NCBI GenBank assembly: GCA_964495425.1
Contig: CAZBVG010000001.1
Span: forward strand, 20,054 to 84,053
DNA length: 64,000 nt
From: an uncultured Candidatus Saccharibacteria bacterium
GTDB lineage: Bacteria > Patescibacteriota > Minisyncoccia > Phycocordibacterales > UBA6065
Direction of reading: 5' to 3'
Positions 28,465 through 36,069 of the stretch are shown in pieces. Every line of letters begins with the position of its first letter. Positions within the stretch are counted from its first letter, which is position 1. Both the position numbers and the translations under genes were made by a program. A model generated the notes under the pieces. That model worked only from the letters and a program-made list of their open reading frames with translations, did no database searches and was not told where the DNA came from.

Positions 28465-29196
28465 ATGAAAATACTCGTATTCGATGATAGTGCCAAGAAT
28501 CTCGACTCGGCGAAACGTCTTCTCGGTAAAGATCACTCGCTCACTCTGGTGAGCACGTATGACGAAGCTGAGGTGGCTCTTACACCTAAGACGGACTATG
28601 ATCTCCGGAACCGCTTGCTCAAGGAGCGAATCTACGTCGAGGTCGGACTTCCGGGTGATTATAATCCCTATTCTGGGAATAAATCGGATTCGGAACGCGC
28701 CAAATCCAAAATCGCGTATGACAAGGCCATGGAGCTCGCTACGAGATACCCGGACTTCGACGTGGTTCTCACCGACCTATTCGTTCCGGCATCAGGCAAT
28801 GCTCAGGGTCCCGAAGGACTGCCTTTCGTCGGCAAGGAGATGCCGATCGGGACGACTATCGCGCTCCTCGCTATCCGCGCGGGCGTGAAGAACGTGGCGG
28901 TCGTGACCGATATCAACCACCACAACCATCCTGCGGCGGCGATGTTTGATGCTTTCGCCGATTGGAGCGGCTGTCGAGCTGGTGCAGTTAATATTCACTG
29001 CGTCAACAACATCCATTCCATCGCGATCGACAGCGCCACCGACGAGGTTATCAACAGTGATTACCTTTATTCCGCCGAGGGGCGCACCCGCTACTTCTAT
29101 CCGTCTTCGGAGGGCGGTCGCGAAAAGGGCTTTGTCTGGGGCGGCAAGGATTGGTCTCGCGTCCTCAGCAATCTTCTTGGTTCTGGCGCGGCTTGA
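28465..29196 (+). CDS. orphan receiver(REC)-like domain protein with insertion and unknown C-terminal domain
   Basis: MKILVFDDS (beta1 acidic pair), VVLTDLFVP (phospho-acceptor-like Asp), TTIALLA (Thr) and KNVAVV (Lys) sit at CheY-like spacing. High GC. The upstream TTG start at 28399 is possible. Confidence 0.5.
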   Translation: MKILVFDDSAKNLDSAKRLLGKDHSLTLVSTYDEAEVALTPKTDYDLRNRLLKERIYVEVGLPGDYNPYSGNKSDSERAKSKIAYDKAMELATRYPDFDVVLTDLFVPASGNAQGPEGLPFVGKEMPIGTTIALLAIRAGVKNVAVVTDINHHNHPAAAMFDAFADWSGCRAGAVNIHCVNNIHSIAIDSATDEVINSDYLYSAEGRTRYFYPSSEGGREKGFVWGGKDWSRVLSNLLGSGAA

Positions 29197-29209
29197 TTCG
29201 GTTTCCGAG

Positions 29210-29312
29210 AGTTTGACCTTAAAACTCTCGATCTTAATGCGGCTCTGTCAGATATATTTCTGACAGATCGGTTCCAAGCCCGAAACAACGCAGAGGAGGA
29301 TTGCTCCTTACA
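29210..29312 (+). repeat. promoter + 5'UTR module copy 1 (TTTGACCTTAAAA ... hairpin CTGTCAGA-TATATT-TCTGACAG ... GGAGG)
   Basis: About 80% identical to copy 2 over roughly 100 bp. Contains a -35/-10-like TTTGAC-N17-TAATGC and a GGAGG RBS 8 nt before the ATG. Confidence 0.7.
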
Positions 29313-29588
29313 ATGGAAATATGTGTTTGCGAGACGACGAAGGAGTTAGGCGAAAAAACTTCTAAGGCCTTCTGTATCAATGGTCCTGTAATTTGTTTCG
29401 CCAAAAACTATGAGCATGCCGTCGCAATAAAGACAAAGGAGAGAAGCTCTGGTGTATACATGGTTATTTTCACCGTGGATCCAGAAGCAAAGAAGAGGCT
29501 TGCTGCAAGATCTCGTCGAGTGAGGATTTATGGCTTCTTGCTTATCATCTCTTTTATCATTATTTCGCTGATTGTGTGTGTCAGATAG
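29313..29588 (+). CDS. small hypothetical protein with C-terminal TM helix (91 aa)
   Basis: ATG placed by alignment with the conserved RBS of the repeat module. Cys-rich N-terminus and hydrophobic C-terminus. Confidence 0.4.
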   Translation: MEICVCETTKELGEKTSKAFCINGPVICFAKNYEHAVAIKTKERSSGVYMVIFTVDPEAKKRLAARSRRVRIYGFLLIISFIIISLIVCVR

Positions 29589-29625
29589 TCGGCGCGCGCA
29601 AATCGTCCCGTCGAAACGGTTTGAA

Positions 29626-29727
29626 AGTTTGTCCATAAAACTTTCATCTTAATGCAGCTTCATTCGATATATTTCGAGTGGATCGGTTCCAAGCCCGAAA
29701 CAATGCAGAGGAGGATTGCTCTTTAAC
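29626..29727 (+). repeat. promoter + 5'UTR module copy 2 (TTTGTCCATAAAA ... hairpin CATTCGA-TATATT-TCGAGTG ... GGAGG)
   Basis: Second copy. Its hairpin has a different stem sequence but the same TATATT loop, which is compensatory change. Confidence 0.7.
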
Positions 29728-30051
29728 ATGAAAGAACTATATGTATTCCTGATGCTTCTTTGTGCATTCATCATTATCCGGGTCATCGTTCGGATCATAG
29801 CAAGATCAGACGAGACGCCTCGATCGGTGGGAAAACGGCATGAAAAAGATGCCAAGAAAACAGAGCTTATCCTCCACGAGAAAAAAGTGCTCATCTTTCA
29901 GCGTGATGCAAGCTACTTTTCTCCGAAGACGGATGATGTCGTCGAAGTGCGATTCGGGAGGCATCTGATCCGAAACTACCCTGATTACACTTCGAAGCAC
30001 CAAGACACCCGCTATGTAGTTCGTGCTTCATCTCCCGTAGGGTATGTATGA
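29728..30051 (+). CDS. small hypothetical protein with N-terminal TM helix (107 aa)
   Basis: ATG placed by the conserved RBS of module copy 2. Confidence 0.4.
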   Translation: MKELYVFLMLLCAFIIIRVIVRIIARSDETPRSVGKRHEKDAKKTELILHEKKVLIFQRDASYFSPKTDDVVEVRFGRHLIRNYPDYTSKHQDTRYVVRASSPVGYV

Positions 30052-30210
30052 AGAGGCGCATAGATATTGACGGATATGTATATCTATGTTATTATCGGTT
30101 TAGGTATTTGTCCATAAAATACCTCTGTATCGGAATGTGTTATTCCGACTGATGATTCCGAAAGGATGAAACAGGGCTCTTTAACGTCAACAATCAACAA
30201 AGGATATACC

Positions 30211-30624
30211 ATGCCAGATACACTCACGGTCGATAAGATTCTCGATCGTCATCAAACACTGACCATCGCGGGCTTTTGGGAAATGTTGCAGCGAAACCTC
30301 ACCGAGGCAGAACTGCGATATTTCGATGCCCTCGACATGTCCCGCTCACCCTTCGAGGGTGTGGCCGCCCAGGCCGTGATCGACAAGGTCAAGGAATGGG
30401 CGAAGGAATCCCGAACGGCGATCGAAATCGTCGATTCCACCTCGGGTAAGTTAGTCCTGAAAGCAGTGATCCAATGGGACGCCTTTCTGGAGGACCTTGA
30501 ACTGCCGGAAGGGCTCGAAGTTCGTAAGATCGCCATGACCGACGAACTCTCCAACCAAGATGTCGTAACCATCAACCAGGTGGAAGCGGCTATTGGCAAA
30601 GCGTGTTCCGCTCCAGTTTCTTGA
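30211..30624 (+). CDS. hypothetical acidic protein (137 aa), high GC
   Basis: AAAGGA RBS 9 nt upstream of the ATG at 30211. The ORF-finder start at 30166 has no RBS spacing. A hairpin terminator follows. Confidence 0.5.
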   Translation: MPDTLTVDKILDRHQTLTIAGFWEMLQRNLTEAELRYFDALDMSRSPFEGVAAQAVIDKVKEWAKESRTAIEIVDSTSGKLVLKAVIQWDAFLEDLELPEGLEVRKIAMTDELSNQDVVTINQVEAAIGKACSAPVS

Positions 30625-30646
30625 GAGTCTGGCTAAATACTCTCTA

Positions 30647-30675
30647 CAACCCGCATTCGTGCGGGTTTAGTTTTG
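30647..30675 (+). terminator. rho-independent terminator AACCCGCA-ttcg-TGCGGGTT + TAGTTTTGG
   Basis: 8-bp stem plus a T-rich tail after ORF 30211..30624. Confidence 0.7.
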
Positions 30676-30681
30676 GAAAAA

Positions 30682-30705
30682 ACCGTCTTGGAATCGAACC
30701 AGTGC
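30682..30705 (-). pseudogene. tRNA 3'-end fragment (T-arm GGTTCGATTCC + acceptor-like CAAGACGG), pseudo-tRNA/att remnant
   Basis: Minus-strand CGCACTGGTTCGATTCCAAGACGG is nearly identical to the T-arm and 3' acceptor of the adjacent tRNA-Gln. No 5' half is present. Confidence 0.55.
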
Positions 30706-30767
30706 GAATATCGAAAATCTCCTTTACTTCAAAGGTATTTTCTTGAAAACTAATTTTAACTACTTTT

Positions 30768-30823
30768 CGATGGGTCTTGGTATCGAACCGACATGTTCAA
30801 AATACCTTTTAAAATCAACCCAT
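30768..30823 (-). pseudogene. 56-nt mini tRNA-like element (acceptor-like GATGGGT/ACCCATC + T-arm GGTTCGATACC), degenerate tRNA fragment
   Basis: Terminal 7-bp inverted repeat plus a T-arm-like segment. Too short for a functional tRNA. Flanked by an AAAGGTATTTT/AAAATACCTTT inverted repeat. Confidence 0.45.
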
Positions 30824-30850
30824 CTTGAGCGATATAAACTACGCTCGACT

Positions 30851-30924
30851 TGGTTGCCGGACTTGGAATCGAACCAAAATTTTCGCTTTCAGAGAGCGAC
30901 GTCCTACCTTTAGACGATCCGGCA
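30851..30924 (-). tRNA. tRNA-Gln (anticodon CUG), CCA encoded
   Basis: Manual cloverleaf: acceptor TGCCGGA/TCCGGCA, D-stem GTCT/GGAC, anticodon stem TCGCT/AGCGA with loop CTCTGAA, T-arm TTTGG-TTCGATT-CCAAG, 3' ACCA. Confidence 0.8.
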
Positions 30925-31023
30925 ATGTGTAAGCAAATTATCACATTATTTGCTGAAAAACAAAGGCGTTTTCCCTTGACCTTGTATTGACCCGGAGTAC
31001 GATAATACACAAACAGTACCTCC

Positions 31024-31341
31024 ATGCCACTTATCATACGCGATCAACTTGTCACTCCCCCGACATGGTTTGCATCGTTTCGAGATCTTACTCTCTATTG
31101 CCACTGTTTTCTGCGTGCAGAGATACTCATCGAAGCAGAAAATCCTGATCCATACTGGAAATGGATGCGGGCCCGAGGCGGAATGGATTTCGTTAAGGAT
31201 TTTATTCGGCCGGGATCCGAAGATGGAGTGCGACTCGATGTCGAACCGAACTACCCTCGAACCATTGTGACCGATCGAATCGCACCAGAAAATATTCACC
31301 GCCTAATTGCACAGGTGCGATTCTGCGGAAAACTCACCTAA
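31024..31341 (+). CDS. hypothetical protein (105 aa), high GC
   Basis: ORF preceded by TTGACC-N17-GATAAT-like promoter and followed by a strong terminator. Confidence 0.45.
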   Translation: MPLIIRDQLVTPPTWFASFRDLTLYCHCFLRAEILIEAENPDPYWKWMRARGGMDFVKDFIRPGSEDGVRLDVEPNYPRTIVTDRIAPENIHRLIAQVRFCGKLT

Positions 31342-31343
31342 CA

Positions 31344-31367
31344 AACTGCACACGTGTGCAGTTTTTT
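31344..31367 (+). terminator. terminator ACTGCACAC-gt-GTGTGCAGT + TTTTTAT
   Basis: 9-bp stem plus T-run. Confidence 0.75.
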
Positions 31368-31376
31368 ATATAAAAA

Positions 31377-31397
31377 AGCTGCGATTTCTCGCAGCTT
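31377..31397 (-). terminator. terminator for convergent minus-strand gene (AGCTGCGA-tttc-TCGCAGCT, A-run on plus strand)
   Basis: Back-to-back with the previous terminator. Confidence 0.6.
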
Positions 31398-31406
31398 GCA
31401 CCTGTC

Positions 31407-31964
31407 CTACGAAGCGAACAGGCTCAGTCGGCCCCTGAGAAGGGCCAATCCGATGAGTCCAAGGCCGAGCATCACGACACTCGATCCGCCGTCCGGGACT
31501 CCTTGCGCCACGGTTGTCGAAGAGAACGAAAATACTCCGTCGGCCGGTTGTCCTTGAGTTGAAAAGAACCACTCGCCGGGGGTACTGTCGAACCCATTTC
31601 CATACAAGGTGCCCATTCCTTTAACACTCAGGAACGAGCCACTTTGGAATTCAACCGCCGATGTAAGCAGATCGAGGGTAAAACCCCCAACCGTCCACAT
31701 GCCGAGCATCCCTGAATTGAACATCCAGGGTGCGCCCATCGTTACGGAATTACCCGGATTGATGGTGCTATCGAGGGCAGAACCGACGGAGACACTGGTC
31801 ACCGTAACATTGTTCCAACCCGTCACTCCAGTCGCCGTAGCAAGCGGACCGTTAAGGACCGCTCCGCCTGACAGGTTGAGAGTCCCGGTAATCGGGACAG
31901 CCTCCACCAGAAGCGGCAGCGTGCAGAGCACAGCCGCCGCGATGATACGATACAGTTTCTTCAT
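31407..31964 (-). CDS. secreted protein with PEP-CTERM-type C-terminal sorting signal
   Basis: Signal peptide. C-terminus VPDGGSSVVMLGLGLIGLALLRGRLS is a VPDGG variant of the PEP motif followed by a TM helix and a basic cluster. High GC. Confidence 0.55.
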   Translation of the reverse strand: MKKLYRIIAAAVLCTLPLLVEAVPITGTLNLSGGAVLNGPLATATGVTGWNNVTVTSVSVGSALDSTINPGNSVTMGAPWMFNSGMLGMWTVGGFTLDLLTSAVEFQSGSFLSVKGMGTLYGNGFDSTPGEWFFSTQGQPADGVFSFSSTTVAQGVPDGGSSVVMLGLGLIGLALLRGRLSLFAS

Positions 31965-32097
31965 TGAGTACCTTTTCTGACGTTGCTGACGTTCACGTGA
32001 ATGGATCTTTACACCCTTTGCAAGGTTACAAAGAGCATAGCAATCCGGGTCGCATATTACGTTCGATTGAGCATAAAGTCAATACTTAGGCCAGAAA

Positions 32098-32136
32098 AAG
32101 CCGCGAACCGTAAGGTTCGCGGCTTCCCTTTTTAAA
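32098..32136. terminator. bidirectional terminator AAGCCGCGAACC-gtaa-GGTTCGCGGCTT flanked by A/T runs
   Basis: 12-bp perfect stem. Confidence 0.8.
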
Positions 32137-32138
32137 AA

Positions 32139-32519
32139 CTATACCTTGAAATGCGACGCATACTTGCCCACAAGCGGAAGTTCTTTTTCTTTTCCTCCAA
32201 CTGCATTAACAATACCGACAATTGAGAGAATGAGCACCCCGAGCTGAGCCAAATTAATGATTGGCCAAAGGATCCAAAGCACCATGCTCAAGAAATACAA
32301 CGCTACCTCAATCACAAGAAGCACGAGACCTTGCTTTATGTGGTACTTCACAAACAAATCATCCTTAGCAACAAGTAAAGAAACAATTACAAGAGGACCA
32401 ATATATGAGAGAACCGCCATAAGCGTATTCTTTTCTGGACCAGATGTTGGTTGCGATTGCGAAGTTGTGTTTGACGCCTCAGGAGCCTGGCCGCCGTTTT
32501 GTGTAGTATTCATTGTCAT
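32139..32519 (-). CDS. DUF4870-like small membrane protein
   Basis: MAVLSYIGPLVIVSLLVAKDD...KYHIKQGLVLLV pattern with 3-4 TM helices. Ser/Thr/Gln-rich N-terminus. Confidence 0.55.
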   Translation of the reverse strand: MTMNTTQNGGQAPEASNTTSQSQPTSGPEKNTLMAVLSYIGPLVIVSLLVAKDDLFVKYHIKQGLVLLVIEVALYFLSMVLWILWPIINLAQLGVLILSIVGIVNAVGGKEKELPLVGKYASHFKV

Positions 32520-32662
32520 ATTACTTAATTAATGTATGACACATATATTCATATTAAATAGAAAAATGTGCAAGCATTAGGTTGTCCCCTTTCGTAATAA
32601 GGTACCGCGTGTTTTCGTTATATACTTAACCCGAAACACTATTAGCAATTTTAGCTTGGGTT

Positions 32663-35476
32663 ATGTCAAAAAATAAATACGTTCTGCTTGGTTTCTCTGC
32701 GGCTATCGCACTCGCAATTGTAGGATACGGCACATGGAAAGGATCTCTAGTGATGCCGTCACTACATATCAACAACTCTGCTGCAGTCGGCCAAACACCG
32801 TCTTTTGGTAGATCTCGTGGAGAATTTCCACGCATGCAACTCTCGCGAGATACACGAGGAGAAGAAATTGTCAGAGAATGGGGTGATAAATTACCCGAAG
32901 TTGCTCGATGGTATCAAGTATCTGAAGGCGAACTCAAGGAAAAAGTAAAGGATCGCACCCTCCATGCAGACAAACAGGGTCGACTCTATTACGTTGAACA
33001 AGAGACTATTGGAGTGCAAAATGCAGTAGGTGTGACCGCAAGCGCTTTAACCGCGGGTGGTTTCCAACCACTTGAACAGACTTTTGCTCTCCATAGCAAA
33101 CCAGGTTCATCAAAAACTCTCTATCTTGATTTCAATGGCCATCTTTTCCTCGCCGGAAAATCAATTTGGATTTCAACCGACTTTAATGCTCCTGCATTTG
33201 ATCTTGATGGTAGTCCAACCACCTTTAACGATAATGAAAGACAAATCATCCAAAATGTCTGGCTCAGAGTTGCGGAAGACTATGCACCGTTTGATATCGA
33301 TGTGACCACAGAAGAACCTACCCAAGCACAGCTCGAGCGATCTTCGACATCTGATACCATATTCGGTAATCGTGTTCTCTTCACCCCATCGTCAGGAACT
33401 TTTAGCCCAGGATCTGGAGGTGTTTCCTACGTCAGTGTCTTCGATGACATTGGCGAAACAACCAAAATTGCTCTTGTTTTCCCTGAAAACCTTGGCTACT
33501 ACGACAAATATATAGCAGATGCCGCTTCGCACGAAGCGGGTCACTCTCTTGGACTTTGGCATGATGGCCAGACTAATGTTACCGATTATTATTCAGGTCA
33601 CGCGGGTTGGGCGCCAATCATGGGTCTTTCGTACTACGGAAATATTACTCAGTGGTCAAAAGGAGAATATTCGGGTGCTAACAATACGCAAGATGATCTT
33701 CAGACCATTATCTCAACTGGCCTAGCATACCGAGCAGATGATTACGGAAACTCAATATCGACCGCTGGCTCTATCGCAGTTTCAAACAATTCAATTTCAG
33801 CAAGTGGACTTATTGAACGAAATACAGATGTCGATTATTTTAAATTCAACACAAGTGGCGGTGACATTGCGATAAATATCAATGTTGCGTACCTTGGTGC
33901 AAACCTCGATGTTCTTGCAAATCTGTACAATGCATCAGGTGGCATCATCGCAACAAATGATTCAGCGGGACTCCCAGCTACTATCACAGCCAACATCCCT
34001 GCCGGTACGTATTACCTAGCAATCAAAGGCACGGGTATGGGGACAGCATCAACCGGCTATACCAATTATGGAAGCCTTGGTCAGTACTACATCACCGGCA
34101 CAATTCCAAGCGGTACTACTAATAACGCGCCGACTGCGGTCATATCAGCTAACCCAAGCGCAGGCACACCACCTCTCGCTGTTTCATTCTCAAGTAGCGG
34201 CTCTTATGACCCAGAAGGAAGCGCACTCACCTATGCATGGAATTTTGGAGATAACACGTCATCAACTGAACCGAATCCTACAAAAACATACTCTGCTGGT
34301 GGCACATACACAGCAACGCTTACCGTAACTGACGCAGCAAACCTTTCTTCATCAAATTCAATTCAGATTGTTGTAAGCAGCCAATCCCCTACCGCTTCAT
34401 TTACCACAAACACAGCTTCAAATGTTGTACCAATGACAGTTGCATTCGATGCATCAAGCTCTTCGGATCCTGACGGAACAATCACATCATATGCCTGGGA
34501 TTTTGGTGACGGTACTACAGATCAAGGCACAACTATTAATCATACCTACACAAAGAGCGGCAAATACACCGCCCGACTTACAGTCACTGATAATCAAGGC
34601 CTCAGTGCATCTAAGAGCATTTCACTTACCGCAAATGATCCAGTAGGCAACCAACCTCCTGTTGCAAATATCACTACAAACACCACGTCAGGAAATGTTC
34701 CTCTTGTTGTTACATTCTCTGGTGCGAATTCTTCTGATGTTGATGGTTCAATTGTCTCGTATGCATGGACATTCGGAGATGGAACAGCTGGTACAGATTC
34801 AGTCGTAAGCCACACATATAGTATTGCTGGATCTTATACCGCTACCCTCACAGTTACTGATGACAAAGGCGCAACAGCCTCACGATCAGTAACTATAACT
34901 GTGAAAAGCACTGTCACTACCAATAAAGCGCCGATCGCTTCATTCACCGCAAATTACACGACAAATCTCATTCCAATGACCGTCGCTCTCGACGCGGGAG
35001 GCTCTACTGATAGCGATGGTTCAATCGTTTCGTACGCCTGGAACTTTGGCGACGGAACAACTGGCACCGGGGTCAATACAAGCAAGACTTACTCAGCAGC
35101 AGGAACATACACCATCAGACTCACGGTAACCGATGATAAAGGTGCCGTTACCTCAAAAACAACATCGGTCACGGCGATCGATGGATCAATCGTTAAAGCC
35201 CCTACCCGACTCAATGAGTCAGTAAATGGAAAACAGGCGTCGCTTACATGGACAGACAATTCGTCTAACGAGACTAATTTCGTTATCGAACGAGGTCAGA
35301 AATCTTCAAAATGGGGATCAATAACTTTCACTGAAGTGGCTCGAGTAGGTGCAAACGTAACCAAGTTTTCCGAAACACTTTCGACAGGAACATATTACTA
35401 TCGTGTGAAAGCAATCAATACGAATACCGGCATTCAATCTGCATACACAAGTACCGTAAATATTCGCATCCGCTAG
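32663..35476 (+). CDS. secreted metzincin-type zinc metalloprotease with pre-peptidase C-terminal (PPC) domain, five PKD repeats and a C-terminal fibronectin-III domain
   Basis: HEAGHSLGLWHD matches HExxHxxGxxH(D). PPC motif NTDVDYFKF...YYLAIKG. Five tandem repeats of about 90 aa (YAWNFGDGT...TYTATLTVTD). FN3-like tail (LTWTDNSSNETNFVIERG...YYYRVKAIN). Confidence 0.8.
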   Translation: MSKNKYVLLGFSAAIALAIVGYGTWKGSLVMPSLHINNSAAVGQTPSFGRSRGEFPRMQLSRDTRGEEIVREWGDKLPEVARWYQVSEGELKEKVKDRTLHADKQGRLYYVEQETIGVQNAVGVTASALTAGGFQPLEQTFALHSKPGSSKTLYLDFNGHLFLAGKSIWISTDFNAPAFDLDGSPTTFNDNERQIIQNVWLRVAEDYAPFDIDVTTEEPTQAQLERSSTSDTIFGNRVLFTPSSGTFSPGSGGVSYVSVFDDIGETTKIALVFPENLGYYDKYIADAASHEAGHSLGLWHDGQTNVTDYYSGHAGWAPIMGLSYYGNITQWSKGEYSGANNTQDDLQTIISTGLAYRADDYGNSISTAGSIAVSNNSISASGLIERNTDVDYFKFNTSGGDIAININVAYLGANLDVLANLYNASGGIIATNDSAGLPATITANIPAGTYYLAIKGTGMGTASTGYTNYGSLGQYYITGTIPSGTTNNAPTAVISANPSAGTPPLAVSFSSSGSYDPEGSALTYAWNFGDNTSSTEPNPTKTYSAGGTYTATLTVTDAANLSSSNSIQIVVSSQSPTASFTTNTASNVVPMTVAFDASSSSDPDGTITSYAWDFGDGTTDQGTTINHTYTKSGKYTARLTVTDNQGLSASKSISLTANDPVGNQPPVANITTNTTSGNVPLVVTFSGANSSDVDGSIVSYAWTFGDGTAGTDSVVSHTYSIAGSYTATLTVTDDKGATASRSVTITVKSTVTTNKAPIASFTANYTTNLIPMTVALDAGGSTDSDGSIVSYAWNFGDGTTGTGVNTSKTYSAAGTYTIRLTVTDDKGAVTSKTTSVTAIDGSIVKAPTRLNESVNGKQASLTWTDNSSNETNFVIERGQKSSKWGSITFTEVARVGANVTKFSETLSTGTYYYRVKAINTNTGIQSAYTSTVNIRIR
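34115..35180 (+). repeat. five tandem PKD-domain-encoding repeats (about 270 bp each) inside the protease gene
   Basis: Recurrent nucleotide and peptide blocks (tatgcatggaattttgg / gcctgggattttggtga etc.). Approximate boundaries. Confidence 0.7.
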
Positions 35477-35537
35477 CTAAAGCCTAAAATCCCCAGGTTT
35501 CCCCTGGGGATTTTACGTACCGGTAAGAAAGTGGTGT

Positions 35538-36068
35538 ATGATACGTCTTATACATATGGATACCAACTCTCTCAAAAAGAGCTTTGTAGAGACCCATGCA
35601 GCGCATTCAGACGCTATATTTCGCTACTGTCTTTGGAAGACTTCCGATCGCGAAATTGCTCTCGATATAACTCAAGATACTTTCATGCGTTTTTGGGATG
35701 AACTTTCTAAAGGTGAACGAGTGGATAATGCTCGTGCCCTTCTTTATACAATCGCTCGCCGCCTCGTCATCGATCATTACCGAAAAAAGAAAACCGAATC
35801 GCTTGATTCAAAACAAGGTTCGGATGATCCTTTCGACATTCCGGACGAAAGCTCACTTGAATCATTCGAACATGGCACAGAAGCTCGAATCATCGTCGAA
35901 AAGATGGGCGCGCTAGATCCGGTATATAAACAGCCGGTCTATCTTCGATTCGTAGAAGGACTTTCTCCAAAGGAGATCGCGCAAGTGCTTTCCATTACTC
36001 CCAACTTGGCTTCAGTGCGAATCGACCGAGGTATGAAGGAGCTGCGAAAGTTGATTGATCCACAATAA
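35538..36068 (+). CDS. ECF-type RNA polymerase sigma-70 family factor
   Basis: Region 2 (DITQDTFMRFW) and region 4 HTH (LSPKEIAQVLSITPNLASVRIDRGMKEL). Confidence 0.8.
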   Translation: MIRLIHMDTNSLKKSFVETHAAHSDAIFRYCLWKTSDREIALDITQDTFMRFWDELSKGERVDNARALLYTIARRLVIDHYRKKKTESLDSKQGSDDPFDIPDESSLESFEHGTEARIIVEKMGALDPVYKQPVYLRFVEGLSPKEIAQVLSITPNLASVRIDRGMKELRKLIDPQ

Positions 36069-36069
36069 C

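Noticed and set aside
29262-29283. GATCGGTTCCAAGCCCGAAAC in the duplicated leaders considered as a further tRNA-Gln 3' fragment
   Set aside because: Similarity to TTCCAAGTCCGGCAAC is limited to about 12 of 16 positions and lacks the T-loop. More simply explained as conserved 5'UTR sequence.
34115-35180. Tandem repeats considered as possible CRISPR or other non-coding array
   Set aside because: The repeats are about 270 bp, in-frame, and encode PKD domains within one continuous ORF. No short direct repeats with unique spacers were seen anywhere in the window.
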